This document shows positions 41,899 to 54,947 of a DNA stretch of 64,000 nucleotides, one piece after another. The stretch is from Eledone cirrhosa. Lineage: Eukaryota. The number at the start of each line of letters is the position of its first letter. The first letter of the stretch is position 1. Both the position numbers and the translations under genes were made by a program. The stretch covers positions 308,202,001 to 308,266,000 of the forward strand of contig OZ024742.1 of NCBI GenBank assembly GCA_964016885.1, in the 5' to 3' direction. The notes beneath the pieces were generated by a model that saw nothing but the letters and a program-made list of their open reading frames with translations, ran no database searches and was not told the origin of the DNA.

Positions 41899-42832
41899 GT
41901 GATTTATATCGGGGTGTGGCGTGAATATCAGAGACAATATGAATGAACTTATTGAACAAAGTCCATTGTTACACTTACTCCGTATCTAATTATATATAAC
42001 TTCCTTGTCATTAGAGATATTAGAGATGCAGTATCCCATGCTTGGTTTGTGGAACCATGTACCTAGCGACACTAGTTTTCACCAATTACATTAAGCAATA
42101 AATTGTTTAACATGGCACCTTTTATCCAGTTTTTCCTCATTGAAAATCATTCAATCATACTTCGATGGAAAGCATGTATCCCACGTTACAAATTTCACTT
42201 ACTAAATGTATCAATTGTAGATGCAATGGATCTGAATTGAGAATCGATTTGTGTCAATATTTAAACATGTGTTTCAGACAAAACGAATGGTAGTTCAAAT
42301 ATACATATTGCTACATGTCCACCATTAACCAATAAATATGTTTTCCCAACACGTTATTTGTTCAACATTTAATGCAAGAGCACACCGGTGAATAGTAGAG
42401 TAGTATTAAAATCAGTGCATTACACAAGCCATAGCCAAGCACAAACATTTATTTCTTGTAAACGATGGAATAGCAATTAGATGTGGCGGAATATCTAAAT
42501 AAATACGTTATATGATTGACTTTCATACACATATGGACCAAGTTCACATTATATCCTTCACTCTTTAACTTTCATCCTTCCATTAGATGACGTAATCCAT
42601 CACCTGGTTTAATACCATTAATACAGGTACAAGTATAGGAATCACGTATGTTGCAAGAATTCGGTTGAAGCCTTCAATTGATTTCTTTCGTTCATATAAT
42701 GGACTCTTAATCTCGGTGAAAAACATATACTAGACGCTTACCTTCCTCCTCTACGCAAGTCACACACATCCAATCACATGGGCTTCGCGGTTCACACAGG
42801 AGAAGTAAAACTATATACATAGGTAACATAAT

Positions 42833-43016
42833 TGTTTCTACTTTAGGCACAAGGCCAGCAATTACCCAGTGCATTACTGGTACTTTATTTTATCGACCCC
42901 GTAAGGATGAAAGGCAAAGTTAACCTCGGCGGGAATTGAACTCAGATCGTAAAGGGACGTAACTATGCTGGAAAGCATAATCCAACCCTCTACCGATACT
43001 GCCAATTCACCGCCCT
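42833..43016 (-). mobile_element. SINE family A, full length
   Basis: Complete head gggcggtgaattggcagtatcggt; 13-bp TSD taggtaacataat (42820-42832) / taggtaaaataat (43017-43029). Confidence 0.93.
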
Positions 43017-45494
43017 TAGGTAAAATAATGTATAATATATTTCATTTTCAATGTGAAAACTATACAATTCACTTGAGTGCCAAACGTTTGTGTTTAATGC
43101 TCCTTTCAAACTAGTTTCGAAAGTGCACTAAGCATGAAACTCCGGCAACAACCATATAGTATTAACAGCCAAGTATCTCTTTATGTCTGCATAGAAACTG
43201 CAAAGGAATTTACAACATACAGCTTTAGCATCTTGTCTGACAATACAAAATTGTAATAAAAACAAAAACTTGCAAATGTGAAAATGTAAAATATAAATAT
43301 AACAATTGTAAGCTTTAGATAGCAAATGGGAGTAGCAATTTTCATTTTTAGAAATAACATTTTATTTTCGCCAGCATTCTGCGCCCCGCAGTAAATAAAG
43401 AAAAAACAAATCGCCATAAAACATTCCAATACTGTTGCAATTGAGTTGTTCGACAAACTCATGAAACCAACATATAACTGGATAAGTATTCTAAGGGCGT
43501 GTGTGCTTTTAACAACACATCAGTGTTACACATTGTGAAAAGGTTGGTCTTTAGAATTGTATGTATAATACAAAGAAGATTCGACTCCAGAACTATAGTA
43601 GAAGTGTATTTATCGATGCCGAAAATGTAAACGTCAAAGTTAAAAAAAGCAAAAGGTGAACTAGTGTAGAATAATGTAATGTATTCAATAATGCATGATA
43701 TGTGCCAATATCCTGACATTTGAAATGGATTCATCCCCTTTGAAATAGACGAGATTTAATACTATAGAAGTACAGAATTGTTAATAAAAAAAACGATGCA
43801 ACTACAACCATCACGATATTGCGGAGTGGTCTCCACTTAGTTCAAACAACTAACATGTGTTGTGCTGGTGGGGAAATGACAACTAGCTCTGAGAATATAT
43901 TACGCATGGCCAATGGTTACAGTTTTTGTTGTTTCTTATATATTATTGTTTCATTTATAATACCATGCGTACCTTTGATTTACCTGCCATGAAATATTAT
44001 TGATATAGCTGTGCATTAACAACATGTTTATTTATCATTATCAAATCGAGATTCAAGTCAAACATTTTTATTTATTTGCTCTATTTATTCATAATCCTTA
44101 AACATTTCTTCCGCTTCTGTTCTTGAAGTGATTTACAAAATATAAATTCTCTTGAGGACATATATTAAAATAAACATTAACTTAGAACTATTTGAAATGT
44201 CTATGCTCCCATCCTGATATAATGGAAAACTGAGTGTTCTGTATCCTAGAAACAACAGATTCTTCTATATATTTTCCATACCTTCCATACTGCTTTAAAC
44301 TATAGGTCGGCAGAAATATTGCTGCTAAATATCTTTCTTCAATGCTGCTTGTATTAAGGTCTCCCCAATACAATGTCGATCTCTCGTTTTGTTTATCATT
44401 TTTCAAATTCTGTAAGATACGACCACCGAATTCTAATTGAAAGAATGCTTAGAGCACACCTTTCATATATTTTAGCAAAACATAATTCATTTTAATTTAC
44501 AAAAAATCAAAAAATCATGGGATCATTTATGTATTCAGAATGTTGGCTTTCTAAATGTTGATTCCATTCTTTATAGTTCCATACACTTGTTTGATAATTC
44601 GATATAATAAATGATTCACAATGAGAAATGACTGTCGCTACTGATAGCAATGAATAGAAATTTTGTATGTTCTGCATAATATTGAAGGAACGAATTTTGT
44701 CGTCTTAGTGAAATTATGTACATCCCTTAATAGGTTGTTATTGATACACATGCACTCATAAAGTATTTCCTTCCAAGTATCAACGAGACACTATAGGATA
44801 AAAGTGGGTATTTGCATTACAGGTGCCATCAACTGAATGGACTTCCGCACAGTTTCTGTTTACGCAATTTCACTCACAATGATTGAGACAACACGAAGCT
44901 ATAGTGGAAAACATTTGTCAAACATACCACATAGAGGTATTAACACGAGACACCGGCTTTGTAAAGTGGAATATCTTGAACATTTTCTTCCAAATTTATA
45001 CACACAATTTATACCGTTAAGTAATAACTGAAAGGCCACGCATACAATATTTATATTGTTTTTATTCCAAGCAAATACAACGCAACATCACATTCATGTT
45101 TTAATATAGACCCGAGGCCTAGCATTAGTGATGAAAAATATTAATTATAGTCACAGGTAAATGTTCCTTTATTGCAACTAAGTAAATGTTCTGATAAGTT
45201 TCCTCCAGGTGATATTAGTTTCTACAAGACTTACCACGTTTATCTGTTCTATAAGACCTGTTATTATAAATATATATTATCGGAATATCTGTTCTTGGTT
45301 CAATAATTATCGTTTATAAAAACAATGTTGCTTATCTATCTTAGTTTATTACAATATATGTCTGACATTTACACACACACACACACCTATACACACACAA
45401 ACACACATATACACACACATACATATGAGTTCGGATCTAGCTGTCCAAATTGCCGGAGCTCAGCCGTCGGGGTTCTAACTCTTTTCCTATATAT

Positions 45495-45795
45495 ACATTA
45501 ACATGTGACATCGCTCCCCACAAAGTTCGATCACCAGTAGCAGAGTTCAAAGAGCAAAGATCAAGTCCAGTCTATGAATTGACATTATCAAGCCATCGTT
45601 TTGGCTGCCAGCCTCTGTTTCTCTTACTAGCTAACCTTCTTTCCAGGCTAAACCTACCCATAACATGAGTTGATCTTTTTATATAGCCGTATAGTTTGAG
45701 TACTCGTGACTTGACAATTGATGTAATTGGTCTAAGTTTGGTAATGTTGAGCAGTTCACTGATACAGATACGGTCGCTGAGCCGCTTGCTAGTCA
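45495..45795 (-). mobile_element. RTE-clade LINE 3' fragment
   Basis: RVLKLYGYIKR...LERRLASKRNRGWQPKRWLDNV..TGL..DRTLW fits the RTE C-terminus. Confidence 0.75.
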
Positions 45796-46124
45796 TATAT
45801 AAATATGTGTGTGTGTGTGTGTGTGTGTGTGTCTGTCTGTCTGTCTGTCTGTGTGAGGCCTATATTGTAATATTAACCTCCCAACGCAGTAACTAACGAC
45901 AAAATAAATACATATTAAGAGACTCAAGAGCAAAACTAATAAGATAAACAGACCACCCCCACAACACACCCACACTGACACACAAAAATAGAATAAGTAA
46001 CCAACTAGTGACAAACAAGAAAGAGAGAAAAGAGTGAAAATAAATAACTGGCCTCAGCCGGATGGTTGGAACAGATAAATGAGTAAAATAGTATGAATAA
46101 ATAAACAAAGAAATAAAATGAGGG

Positions 46125-46385
46125 AAATTTATTATTATGAGAAAGCATCGGTGGGCAGATTTTACGGGCAAAACCAACCGACAGAAAACCCTGGGGTAGA
46201 TCTCGAACAAGATGGTTGAATAACATCCATGAGCTTCGATGTCTCGCTTGGGCATACATCCAGCTCAGTTGGGGACAGTTGTTTCCAACAGGAGGTGCTG
46301 GAAGGAGTGCTTGAGGACTTGCCCCCACGTCCGTTTCAAGAAGAAGAAGAAGAAGAAGAAGAAGAAGAAGAAGAAGAAGAAGAAA
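46125..46385 (+). mobile_element. RTE-clade (Expander/Rex3-like) LINE 3' end with (GAA)n
   Basis: QILRAKPTDRKPWGRSRTRWLNNI..SRLGIHPAQL..VSNRRCW followed by (gaa)n. Confidence 0.75.
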
Positions 46386-46636
46386 TTTACCATCATAACG
46401 ACACATTTTTTGTATCTAGCTTTAATTCATATTTCAATAGATTATAAGCCTCTTTCTGAACATCTGTCAAGTAAAATGAATATTCTCATAAACAGAACAA
46501 TTATTTCCTTGCTATGATTATAATGTGTAGGTTTAACTATTTATGTTAATTTTCCTAACAATTTTCATTCCTGTGTAACCTGATCTGATTATCTGCGATG
46601 TATCAAGTAGTTTTGTAACGGTGTCTAGATATGTGT

Positions 46637-46985
46637 AGGCGGCGAATTGGCAGGAGGATCGTTACAACGTTGGATAGAATGCTTTATGGTATTCGTTTCA
46701 GCTCTCTGTTCTCTGAGTTTAAATCCCACAGAGATCAAATTTGCCTTTCATCCTTTCGGGGTCGATAAGAAAAAGTACCAGTTTAATACGTGGGTCGATT
46801 CTTCCTCTACATCTCTTTCTCGTTTCCTCTCTCTCACTTTCTATCTTTCTCTGGAAGAAATCTGCTGTACTCAGACCTGGAGAGGTATGGTCTCCGCCAG
46901 GCTTAAAATACCCGAGAAATGCCGTATGTCAATACGGCGCCCCCACGTTTATATCAGGAGTTACGGGACCATACATACTATATAA
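46637..46985 (+). mobile_element. Composite SINE (family B)
   Basis: Head ggcggcgaattggcag, B-box-like gagtttaaatcc, core gcctttcatcctttcggggtcgataa, tail shared with 35845-36000. Confidence 0.75.
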
Positions 46986-47825
46986 ATTGCCAGAACTAGG
47001 GCTTCGAAACTATGTGGTTTCGGTTTCGATCTATTCGCGCGAGCACAGGGTCAAGAGTTGTCTAACATCATAACATCTAACTCTGTTTGATGAATACATT
47101 TAGAACACAAATCTTAATTTGAAGCTGGTTGAACCTCCATCTGTTTCGACGTGGCTGAGAATTTCACAGAGACGTGCATTTTTAACATTTTTTCCGTAGA
47201 AATTCTGTGATACAGAAAGTGACAAGCTGACCTTTAGTATTACAGGAACAAGACATTTTTTGCCACTAAATGAACTGGAAAACCCTAAAGTAATGTGTTT
47301 GTTCAAAGACGCAACAAGCCAGTGGGAATCGAACTCAAGGCATTACGATCGTGAAATGAACCAACTAATTAGTCATCTACGCACAGTAACTCTTTAAGTA
47401 GTAGGTTATAATTATATGTTTCAATTATTTCCGAGATGAATTCTCTGTAATATATTATTAATTCGTGTTGTTACAGTATTCCTTCTACATCATTAGACAC
47501 CCTACTGACCTCTGTTTCAATCTTATCCACGGGAAATAAACGCTTTTCATGTTATTTTCTTTGAGTTATATTCTCAATACTGTTAAGTTCATTGACTTAG
47601 TTAAGATTAATATTCTTAAAACTGATAAGTTCATTGAGTTGTTTAAGGTCAATAATCTTAATACTGTTACTAATGATTCTTAATGAATGTTCTGTAGTTC
47701 AAATAAATATCAATTCCTTCAATTAAATTTATTGTCGATTGCCAATAATGTAGTATTTATTTTGCTAATGCAATTGACTTATAAGTTTAATCTCTCTATT
47801 CATGTTTTATTGATATTATTATGGA

Positions 47826-47896
47826 ACGAGGTCGATAAAATAAAGTACCAGTGATACACTGGAATAATTGCTGGCTTTGTGCCAAAAGTAGAAACA
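47826..47896 (+). mobile_element. SINE family A 3' fragment
   Basis: End of core plus tail; flanked by attattatgga (47815-47825 and 47897-47907). Confidence 0.85.
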
Positions 47897-47907
47897 ATTA
47901 TTATGGA

Positions 47908-48095
47908 GGGCAGTGGATTGGCAGTATCGGTAGAGGGTCGGACGATATGCTTTGACGCATAGAGTTACGGCCCTTGCCATTATGAGTTCGAATCCCGCTG
48001 AGGTTAACTTTGCCTTTCATCCTTACGGGGTCGATAAAATAAAGTACCAGTAATGCACTGGGTAATTGCTGGTCTTGCGCCAAAAAGTAGAAACA
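47908..48095 (+). mobile_element. SINE family A, full length, inserted at the tail of the previous copy
   Basis: A and B boxes, core, tail; TSD attattatggaggg at 47897-47910 and 48096-48109. Confidence 0.92.
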
Positions 48096-48712
48096 ATTAT
48101 TATGGAGGGATGGATCCTTCAGGTGTTATCAACACTACAACCACACCAGCCCCAAACAATACAACTAAAACATCAACCATCAAAAATCTCTCGAAACTAT
48201 AGCATCAACCTTAGCAGCAAATTCATCGATATCAGAAACATTAACAACATATGTAGCTCGAAAAACCGAGAGGCTAAACCCCATAACCATGGAAACGACA
48301 ACATCCAAAAGTGTGCCACACCCTTATTTCGAACAACAACACCAACAACAAACGAACATATCAATTACCCAATCACCCCCTTCTTCTTCGATACTTTAAC
48401 ATCGGAACGAAAGATCAAAAACATATCCAGCAACATATAACCATCTCCCAATAATTTTGGTTGACAAATAGAGCACATAGCACACACTTATTGTCAGAAG
48501 AAAAAATTATATAACAAAACATATATTACTTCAAAACGATGAAGCGCATGCTAGGACAACTGTTAAATTAGAAGTTAAAATTTATTACAAGCTCAGAAGC
48601 TCATCTGGTCCGTGTTTAATCTGGTTTCATTGGTCTTAAGTGACTAAGAATATAAGACTTCGCCCAGACAGATTAACTTCCTAGCTACTGTGTTTATTAA
48701 TTTTATGAATGC

Positions 48713-48908
48713 CATACATGCCAAACTCTAAAAACCCAAACGGGGAGTACCATGAAAGAAGGTGACCCAAAACGGGGAGAAATGACGCAAAATGGGGAGA
48801 TTTTACATAATGAAAGCTATACACATTTTTCACATGAGAAGACATCTCTCACCCAACTCAAAGTGCGTAGGAGATCTCCTTGTTTGACGGGGAGAGTTGA
48901 CAGGTCTG
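48713..48908. mobile_element. MITE copy 1 (about 195 bp), apparently inside a degraded CORE SINE
   Basis: TIR-like catacatgccaaactct / agagttgacaggtctg; flanks tgaatg / tgaata; SINE pieces at about 48595-48680 and 48925-49005. Confidence 0.75.
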
Positions 48909-49464
48909 TGAATACCACTATACTTAGTTGACTGGAGCAAGATGAAATGAGTTGGTGAATTGAAACCATGACATTACGATCGTAAAGCCTGCGCTCTAAC
49001 CACAAATTTCTGGTCTGTTTAGCCGACCAGTTGAAATTGTGGCCACACGACATTATTCGTTACCGCTTCTAAAGAATCAGAAAATCGATACTTCTACTGA
49101 GATTCACACAGTGAAATGTATTTTGTCATTTTATATTCATTTCAGGGTATCATATTTATACTATTGGTTGCAAGTAAAAGTTGCTAATTAAATTAAGGTT
49201 GTGGACATGTTTTATTTTTCTATGTCACGATTATATTTTTTCATTTTGTATATATAGCCTCTAATTTAATTTCTAATTTCAAATATAATAGTAGATTTCA
49301 ATTTGGAAATCATGAAGCGATCGGAATACTACATTTATTATATTCAAATAATTTGGATTACATTATATATGGATCACAAGTCTATGTTTTACAATTTCTA
49401 AACAGACTACATGCTCCGTGCACAAACGTTTTATGCGCAAGAATAGAAAACTCCAAATATATAC

Positions 49465-49658
49465 TAGACCTGTTAATTCTCTCCGTCCCACGGGGAGTTC
49501 TCCCACCCACTTCGAGGTGGGTGAGAGATGTCTTCTCTTTTGAAAATGATTATAGCCTTCATTATGTAAAATCTCCCCATTTTGCGTCATTTCTCCCCGT
49601 TTTGGGTCTCTTTTTTCATGATACGCCTCGTTTGGGTTTTTAGGGGTTGGGAGGTATG
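49465..49658. mobile_element. MITE copy 2 (inverted relative to copy 1)
   Basis: Reverse complement of copy 1; ends tagacctgttaa / gttgggaggtatg; 6-bp TSD atatac. Confidence 0.8.
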
Positions 49659-49925
49659 ATATACACAAAAGCCCTTGACTCGATCCGTCATGGAATAGGT
49701 CACTTCCTATATTTAAAAAAACTACCTCAATCCACTTACACTTATATAACATAAAAATATTCTAATTCGCTACAATTAAACTTCACCAAAGCTGAAGTAC
49801 CCTTATAGAAATTTAGCGTAAAGAATATTGCTAAACCTGTATCTCAAAAGTAGGGCGTCAATCCCGGTGGATAATGATACCATGATCAATTGTTGTTGAT
49901 TCTCGGCAAAGCTCAGTTCTAACAT

Positions 49926-50102
49926 CAGACCTGCCAACTTCTAAAAACTCAAACGAGGACTACCATGAAAAGACAAGCACCTGAAAACGAATGAAGTAAA
50001 ATTGGAAGATTTTACATAATATAAGCTATACCTATTTTCACAAGAGCAGTCATTTCTCACTCACTCCAAAGTGGGTGGCAGATCTCACGGTCGGAGGGTC
50101 TG
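49926..50102. mobile_element. MITE copy 3
   Basis: cagacctgccaac...ggagggtctg; 6-bp TSD taacat; internal similarity to copy 1 (gattttacataat..agctatac..ttttcac). Confidence 0.78.
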
Positions 50103-51519
50103 TAACATGCGTTGGTATTCTCGGATGGTACTGCTGCTACACACAAATACTGTTCTTTGTATTGCATTAATGATTTCAATTTCGATAGATACGATTGTGA
50201 AATCTACATACGCTAACGAATGTTGGGTGTTTGTAATGTTGAATAAGGAAAATGAACGATGAAATTTCCGCCGCTTTCCCATCTTATTTGCAAGCATACA
50301 TTTTTTTATCTAGCATTAAATTATATAACAGGCCTTTTTATCAGGATTTTAGTGCATGAGTTGCTTTAGATGTGGCTGCTATTTCTAGCATCTCCACTGG
50401 ATTTATACAGAAATAAAGAATGGGAAAGGTCATCAGCTTTCATGACATAAGTTAATAGGTAACGGTACATCAATACTATATAATAAGTGAATTAATAATT
50501 AATTCTGAAAAGTAGATACATTATTGATTAACAAACTGGCAAGTAACCGGTGCTATTAAAATGCAGACAGTGTTCACAACGAAATATGGTTTTAGATCAG
50601 ATACGTTCACAAAAATTCCCATTTTCGTATTACAGTTAATATGAATGAGAAAACAATATACCCTTTATAATTCATTTTATTATGTAGCTATTGATTATTT
50701 ACACTATCCCTAGAAGATAGTGCAATTAATCAGATTGAAACAGCAAAGCTACGCGTTTAATTAGTTAATTAAAGCAAATTGTAAAAGAAGCACGTTTGAA
50801 GTTTGCATACACAACCACATTGCTTTTAATATTTAGAGAGCGTACGTTAGGTGGGGAGGCAAAAATCATGTTAAGTGTAACAGTGTCAATTCCAGTTACC
50901 AAACAGCAAACTGAGTTGGTTGGGATAACGTGACAATTTAAACCGACCACTTCTCAGCCAATAAATAATCTATATAATTCACACATCGCGCGCTATAAAC
51001 ACTTGTAATACTTTGATTTTATTACCGACAAATATAGAGGTGCGCTTTCATCTATCTCTATCCAGTATTGATTTCCGTTTTGAAGCTATTTCACTTAATA
51101 TATGCGTCTAATGACCCAGACAAGGGTAGAAATATCTTAAACATACCATTTCGTCCTTCTTATCTGCAAAATATTATATAAATATGGTGATATGTTTCTT
51201 ACGACTATTCGACCTTGTCAAACGGTTGTATCTTCCATGGATTTGATTTAAAGATAATATGATAATGTGCTTTATTGATATTATGTTAAGATAAACGTAA
51301 CTGGAGATATATATATATAAACTGTATGTGCTCTCAAAAATCATATGGTTTTATATTTGTTGGCTGTAGTAGATTCAACAAAACATTTCTCCTGGCATAT
51401 ACTAAATTCTATTATGTAAATTTTCAGTTTATAATTATGTTTATATACGATGTGCGGCGAATTGATCAATTTATTAGACCAAGTCTGATAGAGTGCGTTG
51501 TGGTATTTGTTTTGGTTCT

Positions 51520-51775
51520 TTGAGATCAATCCCAACCTAGGTAAACTTTCATCATTTCCAGGTCGATAAAAAAGAGCCAGTCCAGTACGGGGATATTTTC
51601 TCCCTCTGTATTCCTTCCTCACTACCTCTCTATCACTCTTTCTCCATCAGTGGAAGGTATTGGATGTATTCCAACCTAGAGAGAAGCTGAGACACGCCAG
51701 GGTTAAACAGCCTAAATTTAAAGCTTTTCATGGCGGTGCCAGTATCACTACATCAAGAATTTTGGGTTCATACAC
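51520..51775 (+). mobile_element. Highly diverged family B-like SINE
   Basis: ctttcatcatttccaggtcgataaaaa core, CT-rich linker, tail resembling tggaag..tgta..acct..cgccagg.ttaaa. Confidence 0.45.
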
Positions 51776-51994
51776 GTACTTACACGTTGAATTCCATCTT
51801 GTATATGAATGCTTTTGAATTTTTCAGTTGATTACAGCAGCACGTAATCGAAATATATAATACATGTAATGCATATAAGTTTAAAGATTATTGGAATGAT
51901 ATACCTTCCATCTTCCCATGTACTAAATATATATATATACCATTTATACTGTGTGGTTTAACAATAGATAATCCGGCCGCTTCATGTTTATAAG

Positions 51995-52062
<68 letters not shown>

Positions 52063-52122
52063 CGCACATGTGTATATACATATTTATGTATATGTACATA
52101 CATACACATATATATATATACA

Positions 52123-52222
<100 letters not shown>

Positions 52223-52229
52223 GAGAGGA

Positions 52230-52436
52230 TAAGTTCATCCCGGGTTCGGGTTCAATTGGGGGTAACCACAGTAAGTAAGGTACTCAATACATAGCAGAGT
52301 ATAAATATTTAATGTAGAAATGGCTTCTACAGAATGAGAAATGTTTCATTTGGGAGAAATCATCAGGAAGCCCAGGGATTGATGATTTCTCCCGAATGAA
52401 ACGGTTCTAGTCCTGTAGAAGCTATTTCTATACTAA

Positions 52437-52440
<4 letters not shown>
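52230..52440. mobile_element. Penelope pLTR-like fold-back element in microsatellite
   Basis: Inverted arms 52305-52365 and 52380-52440, plus a tail containing ggtactcaatac; same family as 18905-19062. Confidence 0.8.
52322..52372 (-). ncRNA. Type I hammerhead ribozyme motif
   Basis: ggcttc-CTGATGA-tttctcccaaat-GAAA-ca..tg-TA-gaagcc: intact core, perfect 6-bp helix I, GUA cleavage triplet; helix II is weak. Confidence 0.65.
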
Positions 52441-52467
<27 letters not shown>

Positions 52468-53060
52468 AGTGTGTGTAGGTGTGTGTGTGTCCTCGTGTGC
52501 ATGTGTGTGCGTGTTTATATATATTGTATTCATGTATATATATATGCGTTATGAGAATTCTAATCACTAGGTTCATGATTTAGCTTTAGGTGTTGGCGTC
52601 GTGTATGTCTGAACTCTTATGTCATCCTCTCTCAGGTTTCAACGGACGTAGTAACTAACGCTCCAAGCTACTACTAATGTAGGAAGATAATTTACAACTG
52701 TATCAATATCTTCAAGGTAATATGCTCCTCTCCTTTCTCATCTTTCTAATTATTCCTATATTTGTATATTTTTATACGTGTGTCAGTGAGACACATACAC
52801 ATATGCACACACACACATATATATACATATACATATATATTCCCATACACACGAGCACACATACACACACACACACACTCATATATATATAGTAAGAGAG
52901 GGTAAAATAGGGGGTAAAGTTCCATACGAATCAATGGTTATATGTAAAGAGTAAAACGGAAAAAAGCATGGGTATATTTAAAGAATGTATTCTTTAACTC
53001 CACGGGATTAATATTTTTACATTAAATCTTTTCAGATTTTGCCTAATCTTACCGGTTTCA

Positions 53061-53135
53061 ACTGGTTTGTCAATCTTTCGACTGGTCTGTCAATCTTTCG
53101 ACTGGTCTGTCAATTTTTCGACTGGTCTGTCAATC
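53061..53135. repeat. 20-bp tandem repeat, about 3.75 copies
   Basis: actggtctgtcaatctttcg units with no spacers, abutting a SINE 5' end. Confidence 0.92.
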
Positions 53136-53137
53136 AA

Positions 53138-53278
53138 GAGTTACGTCCATTTATGATCTCAGTTCAAATCCCGCCGAGGTTAACTTTGCCTTTCATCCTT
53201 ACGGGGTCGATAAAATAAAGCACCAGTAATACACTGGGATAATTGCTGTCCTTGTGCCAAATGTAGAAACAATTATTA
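53138..53278 (+). mobile_element. SINE family A, 5'-truncated
   Basis: B box, core and tail tagaaacaattatt. Confidence 0.9.
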
Positions 53279-53639
53279 TGAATAGAAAAATGTTTGTAGT
53301 TAACTAGGATATTATTCCTGCGAATGAATTGTATCCTGATTTGTTGAACCTCCCTTTTACCATCATCACACCACCTTCATAAAGAACATACACATATGAA
53401 GAAATTTGACAGAAAATGTATATGTTCCAACTGCCATACAGAATATGAGAACAAGCTTTTTAAATATTTGATAAGATTGAAATACCAATGGAAAACAGTG
53501 ATATTTGATGAAATTTAAATCCATTTAATGCAACAGTCATAAATATATTCGTTTTGACGGATTAAAGAAACAAAAATAATCTGAACAACGGTGTCAGGTA
53601 TTCAGATATTCAGGTATTTTTTGGATTCAGTCAATTGGT

Positions 53640-54165
53640 AGGTCTGCTTCGCGTAAGGTTGTGTCATTGTATAGGACAATTACTACCTCACAACGGAAGC
53701 TATTTTGTATATTTACAAGACCACAGTTCATACACTGTATGGAATTCTGTTGTCATATCTGGGCAGGTGTACCATCTTGTCACTTGGATCTCCTCGACCA
53801 GGTTCTGAAGCGAGTCTCTAATGAAATTGGACTCTTTCTTACTTCAACTTTGCAACCCTTTTCAAGTTGACGTGACATCACACGTCCTAGTTCTTTGTAT
53901 CGTTATTACCAACTTCGACTGTAATTTCTCTTATAGTTCCAGATCCCTTTATGCCATCTCGCCTAACTCGAAACTCACAGCGTCTTTATCCGAATGTTGT
54001 TGCGAATAAGGTCTTTCTAAAGTCGGAGATTTTTCCCTAGAACAGTAAACTTTGGAATTCACTTCCATCTCATTTTCTTCCTCATTCTTATGATCTGAAC
54101 TCTTCTTCATAGCTACTTACACTAAGCGGCTTCACGCCTTGTTTAGGTATTTCAATAAGAAAAAT
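53640..54165 (+). mobile_element. CR1/Jockey-group LINE 3' fragment
   Basis: CMEFCCHIWAGVPSCHLDLLDQVLKR..LQPFSS*RD..SLYRYY and later FFPRTVNFWNSLP-like ttttccctagaacagtaaactttggaattcacttcca. Confidence 0.75.
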
Positions 54166-54544
54166 ATATACCATTTATGTCGGATATTTGAAGGAATAGG
54201 TAGATCTAGTCATTCTGATTAGCAATTCGTGATGCAATAAGCAAAAGCACTCGACATCAAGTGTATAATCCATCATAGATAAGGTATCTCGTGGTTGATG
54301 CAGGAAGGGAGTTGAATACTTCAATGAAAATAGAAGGCAGGATTCCAATATATTTCTTTAATGTCGCAAAGTTAATTAATATGTCTGGCTTACGTCATCA
54401 GACCGTGACACGTCCGCACCGATAGGTGGGCCGCCTCTGTATCAATTCTTCGTTTGTGTTTTTCCATAATCCTGTAGAAATGGTGAAATAAACCTTTTAT
54501 AACGTTCGTGTACATTACGATTTCGGCGATTTATTGAGTCATTA

Positions 54545-54668
54545 TCTGATGACTGGTTAGAACAGAATACTCGATACTTAGGATAGTAGAGTATGGTTAT
54601 ATTTTAGAGTCGGAACCCGACGGTTGAGTTCCTACCATTTCAACATCTAGTTCGAGTCTGGAGCTAGC

Positions 54669-54670
<2 letters not shown>
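54545..54670 (-). mobile_element. Diverged pLTR-like terminus (36732 family)
   Basis: Minus strand gaaatggtaggaactcaaccgtcgggttcc...actctactatcctaagtatcgagta. Confidence 0.5.
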
Positions 54671-54699
<29 letters not shown>

Positions 54700-54708
<9 letters not shown>

Positions 54709-54850
54709 CAAATGGAAACTATATTTATAAAACTATATTTATAAAATTTATAAAATATATATTTTATTATTTATTTGTTGAGTGTTTTATATCAGTTATA
54801 AAAAATGTTAAGCTTGTTGAATCCCAACAAATTAAATATAACCTCTGCAT
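54700..54850. mobile_element. Internally deleted copy of the 9876/23036 family
   Basis: Both ends present (ttaacaaatggaaactatatttataaaac and cagttataaaa..cccaacaaattaaatataacctct); the ribozyme segment is missing. Confidence 0.7.
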
Positions 54851-54909
54851 ATATATATATTTATTTATTAAAATAACAGATTAAGTTTAAGCAAATAATT
54901 TATTATTAT

Positions 54910-54944
<35 letters not shown>

Positions 54945-54947
<3 letters not shown>

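Noticed and set aside
44188-44406. ORF with a YWGDLN motif (5-phosphatase or AP endonuclease-like)
   Set aside because: A single short motif; cannot distinguish a host exon from a decayed LINE endonuclease or chance.
50950-51000. CCAAT plus TATA-like promoter
   Set aside because: Short motifs are common in AT-rich DNA, and no linked exon was found.
53061-53135. CRISPR-like short repeats (also the 36669-36731 spacer)
   Set aside because: Units are contiguous with no unique spacers, no cas genes are present, and the context is eukaryotic.
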